Below are positions 1 to 12,733 of a stretch of DNA of 64,000 nt, in pieces. The position numbers and the translations under genes were made by a program. Positions within the stretch are counted from its first letter, which is position 1. The number at the start of each line of letters is the position of its first letter. Source of the stretch: Macrostomum lignano (taxonomy: Eukaryota); the NCBI GenBank assembly GCA_002269645.1, contig NIVC01001066.1, positions 302,901 to 366,900 of the forward strand, read 5' to 3'. Under the pieces are notes generated by a model. It had not been told where the DNA came from, searched no databases, and was given only the letters and a program-made list of their open reading frames with translations.

Positions 1-3000
1 TGATTACCGAGACTGGCCGGCTCGACTCCGTCAGCGGAGCCCAGCGTCTCAGCCAGGAGTTTGCGGCAGCAGTTTCGGCGGCTGAGGCGCAGCGATAGAG
101 AGGCTTCGCTCAGCAGGAACTCGCACGTGTCCGGCCGCTTCAGGCGAGCCAGCAGGCCGCCACGATGCTCGGCTTCGTCACCCAAATTGGCCCCGGCGAT
201 GGCCAGGTCCACAGACATGACGCTGATGTCCTTGAAGTCCAGGTAGAGGGTGCCGACACCCGGGAGGCGAATAGCGGCGCCAAGCGACGCTGGTGCTGGC
301 GCCGATCGCGCAACACACGCTCGAATCCGTCAACGTCGAACAGGGAGGCCTGGCAATGCGGGCAGTTCCGATTGGCTGGATTCGAACAGACAGGCACAAA
401 GACTACAGGTCACAGACAGGGAGACCGTAGAAAATTATCAGATAAAAAGATCATAGACACAAAGATCATAGACACAAAGACTGACCATCGACACAAAGAC
501 TGACCATAGACACAAAGACTGACCATAGACACAAAGATTGACCATAGACACAAAGACCATAGATAAAAAGACTATAGACACAAAGACTGACCATAGATAA
601 AAAGACTATAGACACAAAGACTGATCATAGACACAAAGACCATAGATAAAAAGACTATAGACACAAAGATTGACCATAGATAAAAAGACTATAGACACAA
701 AGACTGATCATAGACACAAAGACTGATCATAGACACAAAGACCATAGATAAAAAGACTATAGACACAAAGACTGACCATAGACACAAAGACTGACCATAG
801 ACACAAAGACTGACCATAGACACAAAGACTGACCATAGACACAAAGACTGACCATAGACACAAAGACTGACCATAGACACAAAGACTGACCATAGACACA
901 AAGACTGACCATAGACACAAAGACTGACCATAGACACAAAGACTGACCATAGACACAAAGACTGACCATAGACACAAAGACTGACCATAGACACAAAGAC
1001 TGACCATAGACACAAAGACTGACCATAGACACAAAGACTGATCATAGACACAAAGACCGACCATAGACACAAAGACTGACCATAGACACAAAGACTGACC
1101 ATAGACACAAAGATTGACCATAGACACAAAGACTGACCATAGACACAAAGACTGACCATAGACACAAAGACTGACCATAGACACAAAGACTGACCATAGA
1201 CACAAAGACTGACCATAGACACAAAGACTGACCATAGACACAAAGACTGACCATAGACACAAAGACTGACCATAGACACAAAGACTGACCATAGACACAA
1301 AGACTGACCATAGACACAAAGATTGACCATAGACACAAAGACTGACCATAGACACAAAGACTGACAAATGCAGACAATTAGACAGCCAGATTCAGCTAGA
1401 CAGACAATTGCAGACACAAGAAAACGCAAATAAAGTTTACCTGATTAGTAAGCGAAATTGTGCCCAGATGGGCAACCAGTGCCTCATTGCTAGTGGGAGT
1501 TTTGGGCCACACAATAACGGGAGTGTCAAGTCGCACAGTCAGTCGAATGCCATCCAAGCCACTGTCGGCGGCCGAGGCTGCCGAGGCGGCGTCGGACGCG
1601 GCAGCGGCTGTTGCCATAGTTACAGAATCGTCCAAGTCAAACGAACGCTGCTGTTGATGAATGACAGACTGAGCCACGGCGGTGGCGGCCGCGCGAACTT
1701 TAAGCGCCAATCGACTTTTGTACTCGGCAAATTTCGAAACGCATTCGCCAACTTCGTACAGCAGCCGGGGCGCGTGCAGATAGCACAGCGAGGCCATCTG
1801 GGCTTCAATTTCTCGGTCGCCCTCGGCGTCGGAGTACACAGATAGAGTGAGGGCCTGGGCGGGGAATTCAGATGCACAAGTGGCGGCATTTAGTGAAGCT
1901 TTACGAGAAAATATAATATCAGAATCAGGTCAGCAGCGATTCTTACGAGAAAGTCGAATAATGTCAGGGGCGGTTTATTGGAGGTCAGTCGGGAATGATT
2001 TATCGGGGACAGTCAGGGCGATTATCGGGGGCAGTCAGGGGAGATTTATCGGGGGGCAGTCAGGGGAGATTTATCGGGGGCAGTCAGGGGAGATTTATCG
2101 GGGGGGGCAGTCAGGGGAGATTTATCGGGGGGCAGTCAGGGGAGATTTATCGGGGGCAGTCAGGGGAGATTTATCGGGGGGGGCAGTCAGGGGAGATTTA
2201 TCGGGGGGCAGTCAGGGGAGATTTATCGGGGGCAGTCAGGGGAGATTTATCGGGGGGCAGTCAGGGGAGATTTATCGGGGGGGGGGCAGTCAGGGGAGAT
2301 TTATCGGGGGACAGTCAGGGGAGATTATCGCGACAAAGTCAGTTCATCAGCCAGTGGCACCTGCTCGCGCTGAGGGCAGCGCTCGTCAGTTGATTCCGAA
2401 GGATCTCCACCGATCCACACGATGGACCTGTGCAGCCGGGACGAATTAGTCAAGTCCAGGACGCTGACGCTGGCCAGAGAGGCCGTGGCAAAGCTGCTGG
2501 AGTCCACGTGATTCGCTGTCACCTGCGAGTTTGCGGTTCGGTTTGGGGCGGCATTGTCTGTGATAACCCTGACAGGTCCAATGCGATCCAGTCTTGAAAT
2601 TTACTGCATATTGAATGGATTCCAATGTTCTTTACCACTGATAGGCTGTTGATTATTCTGACGAACTGCAGCTTTCCCCACACACCTAGTCACCAGACAC
2701 CTCTGCACATGAGACACCTCTATCCACTAGACACTCCTAGACAGCAGACACCCCAACTCACTAGATCTCATGCCCCTATCCGCCAGATACCCCTAGACAG
2801 CAGACACCCTAGACAGCAGACACCCCTAGACAGCAGACACCGCTAGACATCAGACACCCCTAGACAGCAGACACTCCTAGACAGCAGACACCACTAGACA
2901 GCAGACACCCCTAGACAGCAGACACTCCTAGACAGCAGACACCCCTAGACAGCAGACACCCCTAGACAGCAGACACCCCTAGACAGCAGACACCCCTAGA

Positions 3001-6000
3001 CAGCAGCACTATCACCTACTCACTCTTACCTACGTCAATGTTCTACTCAAAACCCAAGCCAGAGACTCACCTGCATCCCAGTCAGAGTGACAGTGGCGAC
3101 CTTCTTAGCCGACTTTCTCTGCTGCTGCGGGTCGTCTAGCACGCGAACTAGCAGCACGTGTAATCGTGAAAAAGTCGCCTGCAGTTCGCTGCGAACTCCG
3201 GGCGCTTTAACTGCAGCTGAGGCAGCTGGCGGCTCTGAATCCTGACGGCCCCGGTTCTGCTGCTGCTTCTTTTTCTGTTGTTGCTCTTGGCTAGAAGCGG
3301 CAGCTTCAGCCGCGCGTCGCTCACCCTCCTTGGCGGCGTAAGTGTCTGCTGGGTTTATGCGCTTAGCAAAGCTTACTAGCTCTACCAGCGTCTTCTGATT
3401 GGCTGAAATGGTTAGGGTTATAATAAGTCAACACTCCACTCAGCTAGCTGCTCCACCCCACTCCGCCAACCATTCACTCCACCAACCCCCTTACTCCGCC
3501 AACAACCCCACTCCGCCAACCACCCCACTCCGCCAACCCCCTCACTCCGCCAACAACCCCACTCCGCCAAAAAACCCCACTTAGCCAACCCCTCACTCCG
3601 CCAACAACCCCACTCCGCCAACCACCCCACTTCGCCAACCCCCTCACTCCGCCAACCACCCCACTCCGCCAACCCCCTCACTCCGCCAACCACCCCACTC
3701 CGCCAACCCCCTCACTCCGCCAACCACTCCATCATCTGACCCAATATCAATCGCAGAAAAGAGACTGCCCAGCAAACGAAGGTCCAAACACATTCTAACC
3801 AATAATGTCCAACTCGGAGAAGTGCACGCCAATCCGTTGAACTGGACAGCCGCTGCCGCCGCCAGCACCAGCGGACTCGTCAATCCACTGATATGTGCAG
3901 TTGATAAGCGGCTCGCCCGGACCGGCTGTGGAGGCGGCAGCCGCCGCAGCGGCAACCTTTGGTCCAGCCGCAGTTGACAATGGCGGATGTTGCGGCTGCC
4001 TACGCCAGGGATTGAAGTCCGCCTCCGTTGGCGACTGCGGCGACGCCGGCGATTGCGGATTTGAAATGTTGATGCTGCCGGATACCGTCTCGATTCTGTG
4101 GGTTTTTATAGAAAATAAAGGTAAATTTTTTAATATGCTATTAACAGTAGGCAAGCAGCGAATATGCAATCAATTACTTGACGTCGCGATGCGAAGCCAC
4201 TAAAAGATCGAAATCCGGCCCCAGATTTGATAGAGCGTCGGCCACGATCAAAGAATTAATTGTTAGTTGAAACAGCTGCGTCTTTGGGCACAGAGTGTAC
4301 TGAGCTGTGCTCTGGCTTAGCGAGAACTCGGCCACTGGTCGGTCTGAAATGTGCAGCCAGGGTTTAATATTTCATTTTATGACCAAAGTAAAGCTAAACG
4401 GGACGATCTAAAAGGGAGGAGCTAAGCGGGAGAGTCTAAGCGGGAGAGTCTAAGCGGGAGAGTCTGAGCGGGAGAGTCTGAGCGGGAGAGTCTAAGCGGG
4501 AGAGTCTAAGCGGGAGAGTCTAAGCGGGAGAGTCTAAGCGGGAACTTCTAAGCGGGAGACTCTAAGCGGGAGACTCTAAGCGGGAGAGTCTAAGCGGGAG
4601 AAGCTAAGCGAGAGAAGCTAAGCGAGAGAGTTTAAGGGGGAGACTCTAAGCGGGAGGGTCTAAGCGGGAGGAACTAAGGGGGATAGTCTTAGTTGGAGGA
4701 TCTAAGCGGGAGGATCTAAGCGGGAGGAGCTAAGCGGGAGGAGCTAAGCGGGATGATCTAAGCGGGAGGAGCTAAGCGGGAGGAGCTAAGCGGGAGGAGC
4801 TAAGCGGGAGGATCTAAGCGGGAGGATATAAGCGGGAGGAGCTAAGCGAGAGGATCTAAGCGGGAGGATCTAAGCGGTAGGAGCTAAGCGGCAGGATCTA
4901 GGATCTAAGCGGGGGGATCTAAGCGGGAGGAGCTAAGCGGCAGGATCTAAGCGGGAGGAGCTAAGCGGGAGGATCTAAGCGGGGGGATCTAAGCGGGGGA
5001 TCTAAGCGGAGGATCTAAGCGGGAGGAGCTAAGCGGCAGGATCTAAGCGGCAGGATCTAAGCGGGATGATCTAAGCGGGAGGAGCTAAGCGGCAGGATCT
5101 AAGCGGCAGGATCTAAGCGGGAGGATCTAAGCGGCAGGATCTAAGCGGCAGGATCTAAGCGGGAGGAGCTAAGCGGGAGAATCTAAGCGGGAGGATCTAA
5201 GCGGGAGGAGCTAAGCGGCAGGATCTAAGCGGCAGGATCTAAGCGGGAGGATCTAAGCGGGAGGAGCTAAGCGGCAGGATCTAAGCGGCAGGATCTAAGC
5301 GGGAGGATCTAAGCGGGAGGAGCTAAGCGGGAGGAGCTAAGCGGCAGGATCTAAGCGGGAGGAGCTAAGCGGCAGGATCTAAGCGGGAGGAGCTAAGTGG
5401 GAGGATCTAAGCGGGAGGAGCTAAGCGGGATCTCGGTCTCACACCGAATAAAGATGCCAATAGAAGACGCAACCCACCGTCGCTCTCCAGCTGCACAATG
5501 AGCTGGTCAATGCTAAACAATGCGTCTACAAATTTAGCCAGCTCCTGAGTATCCATAGCGCTGGCGGTGGTGGACGATGATGCCGCGGCTGCCACAGCGG
5601 CGGCGGCGGCAGCAGCCGTCTCCGAGTCGGCGGCGGAGGCCGACGATGTCGGTCGATCGCGCGGCGCCCTCGGCGACGTTCGTGCAGCCGACTGCGCCGG
5701 CTTTGCCAGTCCGATGTCGCCTCCGCCTTCAGCGCCGCCGCCGCCGCCGCCGCCAACTGCTGACTGCAGATTCATGAGGCAGCGCTGCAGCCGGGTGATC
5801 TTACGATCGCTGGCCTGCAGCAGGAAGTGCGCCATACGGCCGAGCACTCGACAGCGGGGATAAACTGAGTCGCTGCCACGCAGCAGGCGGCGCTGCAGGC
5901 GGACTGTCACTGAGAATTTCTGCACCAAGCTGAGCTGCTCGCGCTGTCGCTGGGTAAGAGTTGCTGGTCTGGGAGAATTTGCAGTGGGGTTGGGAGATTT

Positions 6001-9000
6001 GAGTACGCTTCGGTAGGGGTAGCTCGTATTTGTAATGGACAGATCTGCTTCATAATGTTAGAGTAGCGTCAGTGTCTTAGTAATGTCATTTATCACAGTT
6101 TCATGTGTCACAGTGTCATGTATCACAGTGTCACAGTGTCTCAGTGTCACAGTGTCACAGTGTCTCAGTGTCACAGTGTCATGTGTCAGTGTCATGTGTT
6201 ACACAGTACCATGTGTAACAGTAACAGTGTCATGTGCCAAAGTGCAATGTACCACAGTCATGTAACAAGGTGCCATGTACCACAGTGTCATACATCAGGT
6301 GTCATGTATCACGTGTCATGTGTCACAGTGTCATGTATCACGTGTCATGTGTCACAGTGTCATGTATCACAGTGTCATTTATCACAGTGTCATGTATCAC
6401 AGTGTCATGTATCACAGTGTCATTTATCACAGTGCCATGTGTCACAGTGTCATGTATCACAGTTTCATGTGTCACAGTGTCATGTATCACAGTGTCATTT
6501 ATCACAGTGTCATTTATCACAATGCCATGTGTCACAGTGTCATGTATCACAGTTTCATGTGTCACAGTGTCATGTATCACAGTGTCATGTATCACAGTGT
6601 CATGTTTCACAGTGTCATTTATCACAGTGCCATTTATCACAGTGCCATGTGTCACAGTGTCATGTATCACAGTGTCATTTATCACAGTGTCATTTATCAC
6701 AGTGCCATTTATCACAGTGCCATGTGTCACAGTGTCATTTATCACAGTTTCATGTATCACAGTGTCATTTATCACAGTGTCATGTATCACAGTGTCATGT
6801 ATCACAGTTCCATGTATCACAGTGTCATGTATCACAGTGTCATGTGTCACAGTGTCATGTGTCACAGTGCCATGTATCACAGTGTCATTTATCACAGTTT
6901 CATGTATCACAGTTTCATGTATCACAGTGTCATGTATCACAGTGTCATGTATCACAGTGTCATGTATCACAGTGTCATGTATCACAGTGTCATGTGTCAC
7001 AGTGTCATGTATCACAGTGTCATGTGTCACAGTGTCATGTATCACAGTGTCATGTATCACAGTGTCATTTATCACAGTGTCATTTATCACAGTGCCATGT
7101 GTCACAGTGTCATGTATCACAGTTTCATGTGTCACAGTGTCATGTATCACAGTGTCATGTTTCACAGTGTCATGTATCACAGTGTCATGTGTCACAGTGT
7201 CATGTATCACAGTGTCATGTGTCACAGTGTCATGTATCACAGTGTCATGTATCACAGTGTCATGTATCACAGTGCCATGTATCACAGTGTCATGTGTCAC
7301 AGTGTCATGTGTCACAACACTCTTGCTCGCAAGAACCACAGTGCAAATCAGCAGCCCCAAGCGGAGCCCTAAGCCAATCCTCATTACCTGGCTTTTCCCG
7401 CAGCTTCAACAGCGGACTGGAACGGCACCAACTTGTTGACATCGGCAAAAGGACCAACTAAGATTTGCAGATCTCGCATCGCCAGCGAATAGGTCTCGTA
7501 GATTTTAGCTTCAATCGCGTCCGCGGCAGCGGCTGCGAGAGTTTCGTCGGTGGCAGCGGCGGCTTCAACGCATTCAGGCGGCGTAGAGCTCGGCGTTGCG
7601 AAGTCCTCATCGTCCGCGTCTTCCTCGTCGGCTGCAACGGCGCCGGTTGCGGTGGTGCTGACGGCGGCGGCTGTAGTGGGAGCCGTCGTAGAGGCTCGCA
7701 ACTCTGGCGAAGTGTTGACTAAATGCAAATGACCAAAGTCGAACAGCACAACTGGACTAGCTGGGTCCGTGAACTTCTCAGGCAGCAAAAATTGCGGCGC
7801 GCTGATGTTCAACTCCACCTCCCAGCGCTTGCCGTCAACCTGGGTTTGCATTGGATGAGCAGCTCAGGGCTGTGAGATTCTTGCTAATGAATAATTTAGT
7901 CACTAATTTGACGATTCTTTTAGTGACTAATTGGTGATTCTCACGTGACTAATTGGCGATTCTCAGGTGACTAATTGGCGATTCTCAGGTGACTAATTGG
8001 TGATTACTGTAGTGACTAATTGGTGATTCTCAGGTGACTAATTGGCGATTCTCAGGTGACTAATTGGTGATTACTGTAGTGACTAATTGGTGATTCTCAT
8101 GTGACTAATTGGTGATTCTCAGGTGACTAATTGGCGAATCTCAGGTGACTAATTGGCGAAACTCAGGTGATCGATTGGCGATTCTCAGGTGACTAATTGG
8201 CGATTCTCAGGTGACTAATCGGCAATTCTCATGTGACTAATCGGCGATTCTTGTAGTGATAAATAATAGCGATTCTCCATACCATAATAAAATAAAGGTC
8301 ATTCCCAACTCTCACCTGTCGATCTCCCCGCTGAATCTGATCGATCATCTCTTTGATGTTGGCGCGAGCATTTTCTCTGGCCCGATAGTACTTACGTCTG
8401 GCCGCGTCTGCAACATTTACAGCGGGGCCGCTTTGAGTTGGAGCGTGAGGGAATAATTTCAGCACTTGGTTTGTGGGTGCCGCTTCCCCACTGTGGGCAG
8501 TTCACAGAGGACACCCCCTCGGTTCACGCCGCTACCCGTCCGGCCCTCAGTACACTGCTATCCCCTCAGTGAACACCGCTTCCCCCTCAGTGGACACTGC
8601 TATCCTCTCAGTGAACACCGCTTCCCCTCAGTGGACACTGCTATTCTCTCAGTGGACACCGCTACCCCCTTCAGTGGACACTGCTATCCTCTCAGTGGAC
8701 ACTGCTATCCCCTCAGTGGACACCGCTACCACCTCAGTGGACACCGCTACCACCTCAGTGGACACCGCTTCCCCTCAGTGGACACTGCTATCCTCTCAGT
8801 GAACACCGCTTCCCCCTCAGTGGACACTGCTATCCTCTCAGTGGACACCGCTTCCCCCTCAGTGGACACTGCTATCCTCTCAGTGAACACCGCTTCCCCC
8901 TCAGTGGACACTGCTATCCTCTCAGTGGACACCGCTACCACCTCAGTGGACACCGCTACCCTCTCAGTGGACACCGCTACACCCTCAATGAACACCGCTA

Positions 9001-12000
9001 CCCTAAACAACAAAGCATATAAAGTACACAGAAAATACAAGTCCGAACCAAAGACAACTTACCTCTCAGGTGATAATTAGACCGACTAGTTTTGAACACG
9101 GCAACTACATCGGCAGTTAATTGTGGATTATAAACCACCTGTAGAGCGTGAGTTCTAATGTGCAATCGATAATCCGCAGTGCAATCCAATGGGTTCAGCT
9201 CGTACAACAGCTCAAATAGAAGGCGCTCCTGCTTGTTGTCGGCGGCGGCGGCGGCTGCAGCGGCGGCTGCAGCGGCGGCGGCAGCGGCTGCCTGCGGCGC
9301 CACCAAGACGGGGAAAACACTGCCAGCTCCGAGGCGACGATCCCGAAGCAGCAGGGAGGCCACGGCGGCCGAGATTGCCAGCGAGCGATGCTTCGGACGC
9401 GACTCGACGCTCAACGACAATCGGCGACACTCGGCGGCTACTAACGGCGAAGCCGCTCGCATCAGCGTTAAAGTGCACGCCTCCAACTGGAAGCTGAGCC
9501 GGATAAACACGGGATCGCGCTTCATCAGGGTGTCGCTGTCCTGGTCTAAGCTGAATGCTTCAACTAGTTCAGCTTGCTCTTTGTCGGTTAGGCCCAGCGG
9601 TTGCTGCTGCTGCTGCTGCTGCTTTTGTTGAGAAGTCACCGACGTCGGCTGCTGCACCAGGACCGGCGCATTGTCGTTGTCGTCATCGTCCATCGTCGGA
9701 TCGGCCTCGGGGGCGGCGGCGGTGGCAACTGGGTCAGTTGAGTAGCCGCTCGCCCAGGTGAGCCAGCTGCCCCAGTAGCCCCAGGACGAACGGTTGGCAG
9801 GTGAGGCGGCTCCGTGGCTCTGGGCCTGGCCGCCCTGGCCAGCAGCGGGATCGTTTGGGACTGCCGCCGCCTGCTGCTGCTGCTGCTTGATCAGGCTGGC
9901 TAGAGGGTCCATGCCGGTGCGCTCGATCCGATCACGCCTGGCCCTGACGGCCCGGTCCATGGCCAGCTCGCGGACAACCAGCAGTTCGCCGGTGCTCCAG
10001 ACAGCCTCAGCGTTTGTTAGAAATTTTGCCGCCTAAAATGTATAAGAAATCACATGTTCGAATATTGCTACTTAATAAGTAGACAAGTAGAAAATAGTCA
10101 GTATCAGTGTCAGTGTCAGCGTCAGTCAGTGCCAGTGCCAGTGTCAGGGAGAAACCAACCTCCGGACTGAGCTTGTCCTGCAGCAGCTTGCTCTGGTAGC
10201 ACCGGACGTACTGAACCAATTCCCGGCACCTGTCGCGCAGATAAGGCCAGCTCCAGTTCTCGCGGCGCTGTCGAATATCGCGCAGATGGGCCTGGATAGC
10301 GAAGCGCCACCAGGTGGCTGCGTGGCCGGCCACGCGCACCCTGGGCCGGTACTTGCGGTGCCGGCGGGACCTGGAGATGGGGACGGAGTTTTCAGGTGTG
10401 GGATCTAGCGATCCGGACGAAGTCTGTAGGTGTGGGATCTAGCGAAGGAGACGGAGTCTGTAGGTGTGGGATCTAGCGATGGGGACGGAGTCTGTAGGTG
10501 TGGGATCTAGCGATGAGGGCGGAGTCTGTAGGTGTGGGATCTAGCGATGGGGACGGGATCTGTAGGTGTGGGATCTAGCGATGGGGACGGAGTCTGTAGG
10601 TGTGGGATCTAGCGATGAGGGCCACAATACCTGTGGAAGCGGTCCAGCTCGTTAAGCAGGGCCACCATGCAGGCATACTGCGAGTCGGCCAGCGTGAATG
10701 CCAGCTCCTCCTGCTGAACATCCAGCTGAATTCTGGGCGTCTGGCGCGACTTCAACGGCAGCGGAGTGGTGTACCGCTTCAGCCTAGCGGTCAGAGAGGT
10801 CGGCCGAAGCAGATAGTCGTGCTTGGCCGCCGATCCGCCGGCCGCTAAACCGGCAGCGGCGGCGTCGAAACCGGCGCCGGGCGACAATTCCGACATGAGA
10901 AGCGGCGCGTCTAAATCCAAGTAGAGGCAGAGCTCCGACAGGTTCAACAGTTTGTAGGCGATTTCGCTAGAAGATTTTTGATTGCCCGAGTCAGGAGTTG
11001 CAGCCGATGATGAGGCGGTGCGCGGTACCCAATTGGAGTCTGTGCTTTGCGCTCGGAGCTCCTGCAAATGTGATTGCGTCATCACTCAGATTCTCCCATA
11101 GTTTTAGCTGCATAGGATCTGCTTGGGCAGCCCCTGCCGCTCATGAGGACCAACCGCCAACTGTCTCCAATTGATGCACAGTTCAGCATCAATCCCCATC
11201 AATTCTCAGCCTCAATCTCCATCAATTCTCAGCCTCAATCCCCATCAATTATCAGCCTCAATCCCTATCAATTCTCAGCCTCAATCTCCATCAATTCTCA
11301 GCCTCAATCTCCATCAATTCTCAGCCTCAATCTCCATCAATTCTCAGCATCAATCTCCATCAATTCTCAGCCTCAATCTCCATCAATTCTCAGCATCAGT
11401 CTCCATCAATTCTCAGCCTCAATCCCCATCAATTATCAGCCTCAATCCCCATCAATTCTCAGCCTCAATCCCCATGAATTCTCAGCCTTAATCTCCATCA
11501 ATTCAACACAACACAATCTCAGTCAAGCGAACACAACCACAGCCCAAATCCGCCAGTTCACCTTCAAGCTGATTCCGCAGGCGAAAGTTCGCCCATCCGG
11601 CAGCGTCTGCGCATCCTCGTATCGGATGTGAACGTCGCGCACGATCAGTTGAATATTTTCAACAACGCTCATGGCCAGGCTGGCTCCATATGACAGCAGG
11701 CTGGAGCCGTAGCCGCCGCCACCTTCGCCAGAATCTCCTTCGCTAGCTGCGGCTAGACCCTGGCTCTTGATCCAGCGGGCCTCCAGCGCCTGCAGCTGCT
11801 TCCGTTTCCGTTCCAATTCGCCAAGCGTCTCCTTGCGCTCGTCGTACTGAACGCAGTGTTGTTGGTTAAAGATTTTTTAGAGTATTTACGCTGCTCAGCT
11901 CATATCCTCTCATTTCATCTCATCCCTCTCATTTCATCTTATCCAGCGACTGCTTTTCTCGCTCAAGTCTCAAGGGTTCAATTTCACATTAATTAATTGG

Positions 12001-12654
12001 GGGGGGGGGCAATGAGTAGGTCAACCCAACATTCTCCGAAGTTAGCATGCCTGCAACTCTTTACTTGGGCGCCCCAAGTAGCTCTACTGAGATGGGGTAT
12101 TGTAAGTTGGATTTATGCATAAAAATGACATCAAACCAAACACTGACTTACCTTCTTGTGAATAAGAGGCTTTGCGACAATGTACAATTTCTCTATAGTG
12201 AATAGCCATGGCTGACTTCTTAGCTGAGTGTAAGGAATCTTCAGCGATATCTTGCCAATGTGGCCTAGTTTAAAAACAAGTATAGTTTTAATAAGTTTCA
12301 TGCATGTACTCACACGTTAAAACTATATTTAATAATCATTGTCTTTTACAAAGAAGTGTACATACCTGATACAATTTCAACAGGAAGGTCAAAGATGTCT
12401 AGTAGAGCATCACTCTTTAGCGGCAAGTTTTCCAGAGTTACATCGCCTAAAATTCATAGCAAGTATAGCAATTAAAACTATTTCAAGAACACATTCATTT
12501 ACTACAGGGGTTGGCAAACTTTTTTTATTTCAAGGGTCAGATAAATAATCTAGCTAATGGCTGCAGGCCAGATTAGGGTGAAAATGAGAGGGAATAGAAG
12601 ATGAGAGGTTGATAGAAGAGAAGAAGATAAAGGGGAGAAGGAAGAAAAGAGGTG

Positions 12655-12733
<79 letters not shown>

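Noticed and set aside
689-1429. Long ORFs with periodic CLWSVFVSMVSL
   Set aside because: Translations of a 19-bp intronic minisatellite
6103-7461. 350-450 aa His/Cys-rich ORFs (CHVSQ, HDTVI) resembling metal-binding repeat proteins
   Set aside because: A 15-bp array open in several frames on both strands, inside a VPS13D intron
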